Source of the DNA: Dehalococcoidia bacterium
Lineage (GTDB): Bacteria; Chloroflexota; Dehalococcoidia; Lucifugimonadales; UBA3495
Direction of reading: 5' to 3'
Assembly (NCBI GenBank): GCA_030740155.1
Contig: JASLXV010000017.1
Location: 1 to 32,240, forward strand
Length of the DNA: 32,240 nucleotides
The notes under the pieces were generated by a model. The model saw nothing but the letters and a program-made list of their open reading frames with translations, was not told the DNA's origin and ran no database searches. The position numbers and the translations under genes are program-made. Positions 16,143-23,906 of this stretch are shown one piece after another (positions within the stretch are counted from its first letter, which is position 1; each line of letters begins with the position of its first letter).

Positions 16143-18284
16143 ATGACCGGCAGCATTCGGACCTACATTTGTACGGGCTGTGGCATCGGTGAGTGTACCG
16201 ATGTCCGGAAGCTGGCCGAAATTTCGTCAAACGAATTGGGGGTGGATTCCGAGGTCCACCCCCCTCTCTGTGTCCCCGAGGGCGTGGAGTTCCTGCGAAA
16301 AGACATCGAGGCGGCGGGCGCCGGGCGCGCCGTAATCGTCGCCTGTTCGAGCCGGGTCAACTGGGACGTATTCTCCCCCGATTCCCTCGGCGTGGATATG
16401 GTGGAAAGGGTCAACATCCGGGAGCAGGTAGCGTGGAGCAAGCCGCCCAGCACCCCGGAGACCCAACTGCTGGCGGAAGATTATCTGCGCATGGGCGTGG
16501 TGCGGGCCCAGAAGAGTGAGCCGCCTCAAGGCAAGGCCGAGCCGACGGAGCGGTCCCTGCTGGTGGTGGGCGGCGGCGTCAGCGGCCTAACCGCGGCCCT
16601 GGAAGCGGCGGATGCCGGGTCGGACGTGGTTTTGGTGGAGAAAGCAGCAGCGTTGGGCGGTTGGCTGGGCCGGTTCCACAAGATGTTTCCCACGCTTCCA
16701 CCTTATCGAGACCTGGAGGCGGTGGACGTCCGGGAGAAGGCGAGCCTGGTCCAGGACCATCCCCGGATCAAGGTGCTGACCTCGGCCCAGTTGGAGAGGA
16801 TCTCCGGCAAGCCCGGCGCCTTCGATGTCGCCATCCTTCAGAACGGCGATGCCGTTCCCCTGTCCATGGGTTCCATCGTACTGGCGACCGGGTGGGAGCC
16901 CTATGACGCCTCCGGCGTCGAGTACCTGGGATTTGGCAAATACCCCAACGTGGTCAACAGCTTGGCGATGGAGGAGCAGGCCGGCAACGGCGCCATCACC
17001 CGGCCGTCGGACGGCAAGAAGGCCCAGACCGTCGCCTTCATTCAGCGGGTGGGCTCCAAATCCGGGGACCCGTTTTCCTACCGCTCCAGCGTCAGCGACC
17101 TGGTGGCCCTGAAACAGGCCGAGTACGTTCGAGAGCTGAACCCGGACGCCGTCTCCTACATCATCTACGACCACATGATCACCCCCGGCCAGGCCGAGTT
17201 GTTCTACCGGAAGGTCCAGGAGGAAGACCGCATCCTCTTCACCAAGGGCGACGTGGCCATGGTGTCCGAGGACGCGGAAGGAAATCTGCTGGTCGACCTG
17301 GAGAACACCCTTCTCGGCGGCAACGTCCGCCTCCAGGTGGACCTGGTGGTCCTGGCCACGGGGATGGCCCCGGCCACGGCGGGGCAGGAAATCCTGCACT
17401 TGGAGTACAAGCAGGGGCCGGACCTGCCGGTCACCAAGCACGGCTTCGCCGGCTCCAACTACATCTGCTTCCCCTACGAGACCCGCCGGACCGGCATCTA
17501 CGCCGCCGGGTGCGTCCGGGAGCCCATGGACGCCATGGCCAGCGCCGAGGACGCCACCGGCGCGGCGCTGAAGGCCATCCAGAGCATGGAGCTGATATCC
17601 CAGGGAGCCGCCGTTCACCCCCGGGTCCGCGACTTGTCCCTCCCGATCACGCGGATGCAGGGGTGCACCAAGTGCGGCAGGTGCAGCGAGGAGTGCCCCT
17701 TCGGCGCCATCGAGGTGGACCAGCAAGAGTACCCCCAGCTCAACGCCAGCCGCTGCCGAAGGTGCGGCATCTGCATGGGCGCCTGCCCGGCGAAGGTGAT
17801 CTCCTTCGAGGACTACAGCGTGGAGCAGCTATCCTCCATGGTCCGGGCCGTTCAGTTTCCGGAGGACGACGCCACTCCCAGGATCATCGCCTTCGCTTGC
17901 GAGAACGACGCCTATCCCGCCCTAGACATTGCCGGACTCAACCGCCTGGAGTTCGACGCCAGCGTTAGGATCATCCCCTTGCGGTGCCTGGGCTCGCTGA
18001 GTATGGTCCTGGTCACCGACGCCCTTTCCTCGGGAATCGACGGCGTAATGATGCTGGGTTGCAAGACGGGCGACGATTACCAGTGCCACTTCATCCACGG
18101 CAGCGAACTGGCCACCAAGCGGATGGAGAACATCCAGGAGACCCTGACCCGGTTGATGCTGGAGCCCGAGCGGGTCAAGATGGTGGAGTTGGAGATTTCG
18201 GACTACGACAGGGTCCCCGGTGTCATCAACGAGTTCGCCGAAGAGATGCGGGCCATCGGCCCCAACCCTTACAAGGGGTTCTGA
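16143..18284 (+). CDS. qmoB: QmoB, HdrA-like plus ferredoxin plus MvhD-like domain
   Basis: YICTGCGIG, VNIREQVAW, SNYICFPYETRRTGIYAAGC, CTKCGRCSEECPFG, CRRCGICMGACP, CENDAYPALD, GCKTGDDYQCHF, GPNPYKGF. Confidence 0.95.
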   Translation: MTGSIRTYICTGCGIGECTDVRKLAEISSNELGVDSEVHPPLCVPEGVEFLRKDIEAAGAGRAVIVACSSRVNWDVFSPDSLGVDMVERVNIREQVAWSKPPSTPETQLLAEDYLRMGVVRAQKSEPPQGKAEPTERSLLVVGGGVSGLTAALEAADAGSDVVLVEKAAALGGWLGRFHKMFPTLPPYRDLEAVDVREKASLVQDHPRIKVLTSAQLERISGKPGAFDVAILQNGDAVPLSMGSIVLATGWEPYDASGVEYLGFGKYPNVVNSLAMEEQAGNGAITRPSDGKKAQTVAFIQRVGSKSGDPFSYRSSVSDLVALKQAEYVRELNPDAVSYIIYDHMITPGQAELFYRKVQEEDRILFTKGDVAMVSEDAEGNLLVDLENTLLGGNVRLQVDLVVLATGMAPATAGQEILHLEYKQGPDLPVTKHGFAGSNYICFPYETRRTGIYAAGCVREPMDAMASAEDATGAALKAIQSMELISQGAAVHPRVRDLSLPITRMQGCTKCGRCSEECPFGAIEVDQQEYPQLNASRCRRCGICMGACPAKVISFEDYSVEQLSSMVRAVQFPEDDATPRIIAFACENDAYPALDIAGLNRLEFDASVRIIPLRCLGSLSMVLVTDALSSGIDGVMMLGCKTGDDYQCHFIHGSELATKRMENIQETLTRLMLEPERVKMVELEISDYDRVPGVINEFAEEMRAIGPNPYKGF

Positions 18285-18297
18285 CCCGGCTATATCT

Positions 18298-19476
18298 ATG
18301 ACACAAGCAGTAGTTGCAACCACCTTCACCACGCCCGATTCAGGGGCAACCCGGCGCTTCCTCCAGTTGGGCGCCGAGCACCTGGCCCGGTGCTACCAGT
18401 GCGGCACCTGCTCCGTGGTGTGCCCCCTGACACCCGACGACGGCGCTTTCCCCCGTAAGGAGATGGTGTGGGCTCAGTGGGGGCTCAAGGACCGGTTGCT
18501 CCGGGACCCCGACGTCTGGCTGTGCCACCAATGCAACGAGTGCTCCACCTACTGCCCCCGCGACGCCAAGCCCGGCGACCTGATGGCCGCCGTGCGGGCC
18601 TACCAGATCGAAAGCTTCGCCGCACCCAAGATATTGGGCCGGGCGACCGGCCGTCCCAGTTTCCTGCCCCTGGCCTTCATACCGCCCGTGCTGCTGACCT
18701 TCTTCATGGTCCTCTTCGCCGTGATCATCCCCGAGGGCGGCCTGGTTTACCCCGAGGGCGACGTCTTTTTCGAGAAGTTTATCGGCACCATCTACATAGA
18801 TATGTTCTCCGCGATCGCCGTGGGGTTCGCGACGCTGGTGGCGTGGATCGGCGGGCGGAGGTTCTGGAAAGCTATCTCCGAGTCTGAAACCGGCTCCCCA
18901 CAGGTGCTGGAAGGCTTCGTCAAGAGCCTGATGCTCACCCTGGTGGACATCGCCTCTCACCGCTATTTCAAGCTGTGCAAGGTGAACAAGGCCCGGGGCC
19001 ACGCCCACATGAGCATCTTGTATGGCTTTCTTTTCCTGTTCACCGCCTCCGCATTGGCCTTTGTCTACACCGTCATCCTGAACCGGGAACTCTCTCTCCC
19101 CATTTGGGACCCGGCCAAGATCATCGGCAACCTCGGGGGCATCGGGCTTCTCCTGGGCCTTACCGTGGTCTCGATGAGGAGGCTGTTCCGGCGGGACGCG
19201 GCCGGCCGATCGATGTACTTCGATTGGTACTTCATCGGGCTCCTCTACGTGCTGACCATCTCCGGGTTCGCGTTGGAGATAGTCCGGTACGCCGAACTCG
19301 GAGACGTGGCCTACTCCCTCTATATGGGGCACCTGGTCTTCTACTTCATGCTGTTCACCTACCTGCCTTTCACCAAGTTCGCCCACGTCATCTACCGCAC
19401 GCTGGCGTTGACCCACGCGCGGCAAAGCGGCCGCCTGCCGGCGTCACGCCGCCCGGCGCAGGCTGAAGTTCTTTAG
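18298..19476 (+). CDS. qmoC: QmoC, Fe-S plus membrane (heme b) subunit
   Basis: CYQCGTCSVVCP, FPRKEMVWAQWG, WLCHQCNECSTYCPR, several TM segments, YLPFTKFAHVIYR; ATG 18298 just after qmoB. Confidence 0.95.
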   Translation: MTQAVVATTFTTPDSGATRRFLQLGAEHLARCYQCGTCSVVCPLTPDDGAFPRKEMVWAQWGLKDRLLRDPDVWLCHQCNECSTYCPRDAKPGDLMAAVRAYQIESFAAPKILGRATGRPSFLPLAFIPPVLLTFFMVLFAVIIPEGGLVYPEGDVFFEKFIGTIYIDMFSAIAVGFATLVAWIGGRRFWKAISESETGSPQVLEGFVKSLMLTLVDIASHRYFKLCKVNKARGHAHMSILYGFLFLFTASALAFVYTVILNRELSLPIWDPAKIIGNLGGIGLLLGLTVVSMRRLFRRDAAGRSMYFDWYFIGLLYVLTISGFALEIVRYAELGDVAYSLYMGHLVFYFMLFTYLPFTKFAHVIYRTLALTHARQSGRLPASRRPAQAEVL

Positions 19477-19550
19477 GAAGGGTTCCCCGGCATACTGGCT
19501 TGTAGACAGGATTGAATCGGCGACATTGCGCGACACCCTCTCCCAATGAT

Positions 19551-20209
19551 CGTCAATCCGGCGAAGGCCGGAATCCAGGAAGCGCCAGCGGGGTCCCGGC
19601 CTTCGCCGAAATGGCGCATCGGATATCAAGCCATTCGCGAGACACTAGACTAGCGCGGGTCCTCCCAAATCTGACGAGGAGGAACACCCTCGTGCCTCAC
19701 CATCGTCGTTCCGGCGGAAGCCGGAACCCAGGGCGGCAACCTTGCGTCTACCTCCTGGCCAGCAGGCGAAACGGTACGCTGTACGTGGGCGTCACCTCCA
19801 ATCTCGTCCAACGCGTCTGGCAACACAAAGGGGACCTGGCCCAAGGGTTCACTCGGCGATACGGCGTGCACGCGCTAGTGTGGTACGAAGCGCACGTTAC
19901 GATGGAGAGCGCCATCGTACGAGAGAAGAGGATCAAGGATTGGAAGCGGTCTTGGAAGATCGCGCTAATTGAGGAGTCGAATCCCCGATGGCGCGATTTG
20001 TATGAGGAGCTTGGTTAGCTGGATTCCGGCCTTCGCCGGAATGACGAGGAGAGGGGTGCCGGAATGACGCGGCGGGGCACCGAGATGATGTCCACGGGTG
20101 CCCGGACAACGTAAGGGGTGCCGGAATAACATGAGGGCTTGCGTCGGCGCAACGAGGAGGAACACCCCCTGTATCACCATTGTCGTTCCGGCGAAGGCCG
20201 GAATCCAGG
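19551..20209. repeat. Cluster of family C REP-like palindromes around the GIY-YIG gene
   Basis: Units of about CGTCRTTCCGGCGAAGGCCGGAAYCCAG at 19551-19578 (+), 19590-19616 (-, degenerate), 19704-19731 (+), 20019-20046 (-) and 20181-20208 (+), plus half-units GCCGGAATGACG/GCCGGAATAAC near 20058 and 20120. Confidence 0.85.
19692..20018 (+). CDS. Stand-alone GIY-YIG nuclease family protein (108 aa)
   Basis: QPCVYLLASRRNGTLYVGVTSNLVQRVWQHK...FTRRYGV..LVWYE...AIVREKRIKDWKRSWK..LIEESNPRW.DLY; AGGAGG (19677-19682) 9 nt before in-frame GTG 19692. Confidence 0.9.
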   Translation: MPHHRRSGGSRNPGRQPCVYLLASRRNGTLYVGVTSNLVQRVWQHKGDLAQGFTRRYGVHALVWYEAHVTMESAIVREKRIKDWKRSWKIALIEESNPRWRDLYEELG

Positions 20210-20288
20210 AAGACACGGTGCGGCTACCTTCGCTCCGGCAGGACATTGCCGAAACCTTCCCGCCCATTGTTGTATCGGCAGGTGCCGG

Positions 20289-20317
20289 TTGCGGCTGGAA
20301 ACCCGGTGGCGTAAGAT
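20289..20317 (+). promoter_or_regulatory. Candidate sigma70 promoter for the oxidoreductase genes
   Basis: TTGCGG (20289-20294)-N17-TAAGAT (20312-20317); same -35 hexamer as the aprB candidate. Confidence 0.45.
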
Positions 20318-20365
20318 AGTTCGGGCAGCCATGCTGGCTGTCATTGAACCGCGAGCGAGTTGGTG

Positions 20366-21379
20366 ATGGCCCAAATCAAGGAACTCAACCTTATTTCCAT
20401 GTCGGGACAGGGTTCAGTCCAGGCGGGCGAGGCCCTGGCCAAGATCTACGCCCAGCAGGGCTGGTTCGTCTCGGTGAACGTCTACCCCGGCACCCGGGCC
20501 CGCAGCGCCCCGGTCATCAACTACGTCAAATTCTCCGACACCACCGTCCTGGCGAGTTGCGCCAACTACCACCCGGAGCAGGTCGTCGTTTTCCAAGAGG
20601 AGCTGTTGCTGACGGCCCGGGAGAATACCCACGAGCTGATCGCCGACGCCGTGGGGCGCATGAAGCGAGGGGTGCTGCTGGTGAACACACCCAAGGCCCC
20701 TGAGGAGTTGGACCTCCCCTTCGACCTTGAGGGAACTGTGGCCACGGTGGACGCCACCGGCATCGCCGAGCGGCTGCTGCGGCGCAACCCTCCCCCGGTT
20801 GGCCTGGCCCTCCTGGGCGCTTACGCCCGCGTCACGGAAGGCATCGACCTGGAGGCCCTTCTTCAGGTGATCCGGGAGACCTTCCCGGGCCCCGTTGGCG
20901 AGCGCAACGCCGAGGCCGCGCTGGAGGCCTACCAGAGCGTGCAGGCTTCCAACGATGTCAAGTTTCAAGTCGATCGGCAGCCCGCGCGGATGCAGCACGT
21001 CGCGGTCGACGACCTGCCCGAATACTACCAGTTTGACCGCTACGACCTCCTGCCCGGGTTTCGCGAGGGGAGCCCCTTCATCTGGCGGAACAAGGTCCCG
21101 GTTTGTGAAGACGCAAAGTGTACCTGCCCGGGGTTCTGCATCAGCGAGGTGCTGTGCCCCGACGGCACCGGCTTCATCGTCCGCGACGGCCTGCCCCAGC
21201 AGGGATACCGCATCGACGTGGATTTCTGCCGGGGCTGCGGCCTCTGCGTGGAGGTATGCGTGGGGCATGCCCTGACCATGGTGGACGAGGATCAGGTGCG
21301 CAAAGACAACCCCGACTACCGGGACATCACCGTGGAGCCTTTCCGGAAGGCGCAGGCCCCCCGGCGTCCGCTGGGCTAG
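20366..21379 (+). CDS. porC: 2-oxoacid:ferredoxin oxidoreductase gamma subunit fused to a delta (ferredoxin) domain
   Basis: SGQGSV, RSAPV, LLVNT, ATVDATGIA, LLGAYARVT (gamma); C-terminal CPDG and IDVDFCRGCGLCVEVC (delta). Confidence 0.82.
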   Translation: MAQIKELNLISMSGQGSVQAGEALAKIYAQQGWFVSVNVYPGTRARSAPVINYVKFSDTTVLASCANYHPEQVVVFQEELLLTARENTHELIADAVGRMKRGVLLVNTPKAPEELDLPFDLEGTVATVDATGIAERLLRRNPPPVGLALLGAYARVTEGIDLEALLQVIRETFPGPVGERNAEAALEAYQSVQASNDVKFQVDRQPARMQHVAVDDLPEYYQFDRYDLLPGFREGSPFIWRNKVPVCEDAKCTCPGFCISEVLCPDGTGFIVRDGLPQQGYRIDVDFCRGCGLCVEVCVGHALTMVDEDQVRKDNPDYRDITVEPFRKAQAPRRPLG

Positions 21380-21427
21380 CACGCCGTAGAGCAACAATTG
21401 ATGAATCGGGGTTACCCCCCTCTCTTA

Positions 21428-21494
21428 TCTCCCCCTTCGTAAGGGGGAGAGGATTAGTTCCTTCCCCCTTTATGGGGGAAGGTTAGGATGGGGG
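21428..21494. repeat. Family D hairpin repeats (two adjacent units)
   Basis: TCTCCCCCTT-CGT-AAGGGGGAGA (21428-21450) and CCTTCCCCC-TTTAT-GGGGGAAGG (21460-21482) followed by TTAGGATGGGG. Confidence 0.7.
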
Positions 21495-21520
21495 CCCCAG
21501 GTTAGCTAGAGGAGCTTTTG

Positions 21521-22777
21521 ATGACCGCTCCGGTACGCCCCCAACGCCAGGCCCTGACGGGCAACAAGGCGGCAGCCCACGCGCTGAAGCTGGCCCGGAC
21601 CCAGGTCCTGTGCTACTTTCCCATTGGTCCTTCCGACGAGGTGGGAGAAGAACTCGCGCGGATGATCCAACGGGGAGAGCATGAGGCCCAGCTCATCGAG
21701 TTGGAGCATGAGCGCAGCGTGATGAACGCCCAGATCACCGCCACCCAGTCCGGGGTGCGATGCTCTTTCGCCACCAACTCCGAGGGCCTCCTCATCGCCG
21801 CCCAGCAGCTTGTATTCGCCTCCTATGCCCGCATTCCCCTGGTGGTGATCGTTGCCCACCGGGCGCTGGAGCCACCAGGGGTGGTCCGCTCCGACGACCA
21901 GGACACCATCATGTTCCGTGACATTCACTGGATCCACTACCACTGCGAGAACGCCCAGGACGTGCTGGACACCGTCATCCAGGCCTACCGGGTCAGCGAG
22001 GACGCATCGGTGCTACTGCCGACCTTCGTCACCTATGACGGCTGGGAGGTCTCCCACAACAGCTACCCGGTGGAGGTCCCGGATCAGGAAGCCATCGACC
22101 GCCTGCTGCCTCCCTTCGAGTTGCCGCCGGAGTTGGATTTCATCAAATCGCTGGACTTCGCCGCCTACTACGGCGGAGCCCGGATGAGCGGCTACGGCTA
22201 CATCGACGTAGACCGGGAGTACATGGAGCGCCGCTACCAGATGGACCGGGCCCTCAACGTCACCGCCAAGGACCTTATCAAACGGGTCCACCAGGAGTAC
22301 GTGGAGTTGGTCGGCCGGGGCTACGGTGGCTTGATTGAAGCCTACAAGCTGGAAGACGCCGAGGTAGCCATCGTGGCCATGGGCTCTCTGTCCGCCACCT
22401 CCCGCTACGCCGTCGACCGGCTCCGCGAACAGGGGAAGGCGGTGGGAATGGTAAAAGTCCACACCCTCCGGCCGTTTCCCGGCGAGGACCTGGTGGAGGC
22501 CCTGAAAGGGATCAAGGCGGTGGTGGTGCTGGACCGGAACCCGGTGGCCGCCGTCTACCAGGACCTGCGCAGCGCCCTGTTCGGGCAGCCGCAACCTCCG
22601 ATGGTGCTGGGCCGCATCGTGGGCCTGGGCGGCCGCGACGTTACCCACTGCAGTGTGATGTACATGGCGGAAGAAGCCATGGCGGCGGCGCGGCAGGGCC
22701 GCCCTGACGAGGCTCTGGGCTGGCACTTCCAGGTGATCGAGGACGAGGAGATGTTGGCCCGGGCGTTAAAGAAGTAA
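21521..22777 (+). CDS. porA: 2-oxoacid:ferredoxin oxidoreductase alpha subunit (PorA-like, altered active site)
   Basis: LTGNKAAA, YFPIGPS, AHRAL, ENAQDVLD, DGWEVSH, EDAEVAIVAMGS, LRPFP, GLGGRD; GAGGAG RBS. Confidence 0.88.
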   Translation: MTAPVRPQRQALTGNKAAAHALKLARTQVLCYFPIGPSDEVGEELARMIQRGEHEAQLIELEHERSVMNAQITATQSGVRCSFATNSEGLLIAAQQLVFASYARIPLVVIVAHRALEPPGVVRSDDQDTIMFRDIHWIHYHCENAQDVLDTVIQAYRVSEDASVLLPTFVTYDGWEVSHNSYPVEVPDQEAIDRLLPPFELPPELDFIKSLDFAAYYGGARMSGYGYIDVDREYMERRYQMDRALNVTAKDLIKRVHQEYVELVGRGYGGLIEAYKLEDAEVAIVAMGSLSATSRYAVDRLREQGKAVGMVKVHTLRPFPGEDLVEALKGIKAVVVLDRNPVAAVYQDLRSALFGQPQPPMVLGRIVGLGGRDVTHCSVMYMAEEAMAAARQGRPDEALGWHFQVIEDEEMLARALKK

Positions 22778-22843
22778 CAGCGTCCCTCGCACCCTCGCCG
22801 GCGAAGGGGGGCTGAACGTCCAAACCATGCAAGAGAGGAAGCA

Positions 22844-23707
22844 ATGCCCATAAAGATGGTCATGGAGACCCCGGAGCAGCGGGTCTACATGAACGTTACC
22901 GCCAATCAATGCCCCGGCTGCCCGGAGAACCTGGCGGCCCGCCTGGTGATGCACGTGGTCTTCGACGTTATGGCGGACCAGAAACCCATCGTCTTCGGCC
23001 AGGGGTGCGGCATCGGCCGGGACTTTCTCCAGCGCAGCGGCCTGGGCACCCATGACAGCGGAGTGGTCGGGATGCTCACCGCCATGCAGGTGCGGGGCAT
23101 CGACCGTCCCATCGTGGTTATCGACGGCGACGGTCAGGTGGACCTGGGACTGGAGGACCTGGCCACCGGTTTTCAGCAGGGCTACAAGTACCTCCACGTG
23201 GTTTGCGATAACCAGGCCCACGCCGCCAGCGGGAGCCACGCCACCGGCAGCACCCATCCCATGGCCCGCACCGGCGTGCGTCCCTCCGGCAAGCTGCGCC
23301 ACCCAAAACACTTCACGCTAATGCTCATGTTCAGTGGCGCCGAATACGTGGCCACCGCCTCCACCTCCCATCCGCAAGACCTCGAGCGGAAGATCCGGAA
23401 CGCGGCCACGCGGCTGCCCGCCTTTATCCAGATCCTCACCCCCTGCAACCCCTCTTGGGGCTACGACGACGACAAGGGAATAGAGGTGTCCCGCCTGGCG
23501 GTGAACAGCGGGATATGGCCCCTGTTCGAATGGAAAGACGGCGTTTTCGATCGCCAGAACATCCCAAGCAAGGCAACCGTGCGGGAGTATGTTGCGTCCC
23601 AGCGCCGCTACGCCCACCTCAGCGACGCCGACATTCAGTCGATGGAAGGGTACGTGAAGGAGCTGGACGACATGCTGTCCAAGCTGCAAACCGGCTTCAG
23701 CGCCTGA
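22844..23707 (+). CDS. porB: 2-oxoacid:ferredoxin oxidoreductase beta (TPP-binding) subunit
   Basis: CPGC, GC, GDG...DN TPP motif, YVATAS, PCNPSWG, LAVNSGIWPLFE, QRRYAHL. Confidence 0.85.
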   Translation: MPIKMVMETPEQRVYMNVTANQCPGCPENLAARLVMHVVFDVMADQKPIVFGQGCGIGRDFLQRSGLGTHDSGVVGMLTAMQVRGIDRPIVVIDGDGQVDLGLEDLATGFQQGYKYLHVVCDNQAHAASGSHATGSTHPMARTGVRPSGKLRHPKHFTLMLMFSGAEYVATASTSHPQDLERKIRNAATRLPAFIQILTPCNPSWGYDDDKGIEVSRLAVNSGIWPLFEWKDGVFDRQNIPSKATVREYVASQRRYAHLSDADIQSMEGYVKELDDMLSKLQTGFSA

Positions 23708-23814
23708 GGTCTCCGCGCTCTCAGTTCTCGCGGGCCAGTCAAGGGCTCCGGGAAAAGTCACAAGATCTCCCTATGCGTCAATGCATGACTAACGAACCGA
23801 GAAACCCCTTTTCG

Positions 23815-23847
23815 CCCCCCTTTCGTAAAGGGGGGTTGGGGGGATTT
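23815..23847. repeat. Family D hairpin repeat
   Basis: CCCCCCTTT-CGT-AAAGGGGGG followed by TTGGGGGGATTT. Confidence 0.7.
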
Positions 23848-23906
23848 CGCCCAACCCGTCACGGGCACATTCTCGCCCTGCCACCAATTCTCAGAGTGGG
23901 GCACTG

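Noticed and set aside
17030..17120. QmoB lacks the HdrA-type Cys cluster (IQRVGS...YRSSVSDL versus QCAGS...YCSxxCC in QmoA)
   Set aside because: As I recall, loss of these cysteines also occurs in QmoB of known sulfate reducers, so it is not treated as novel without an alignment.
19551..20209. Repeat cluster as a CRISPR array
   Set aside because: Units occur in both orientations with irregular spacing and enclose a gene; no cas genes are present.
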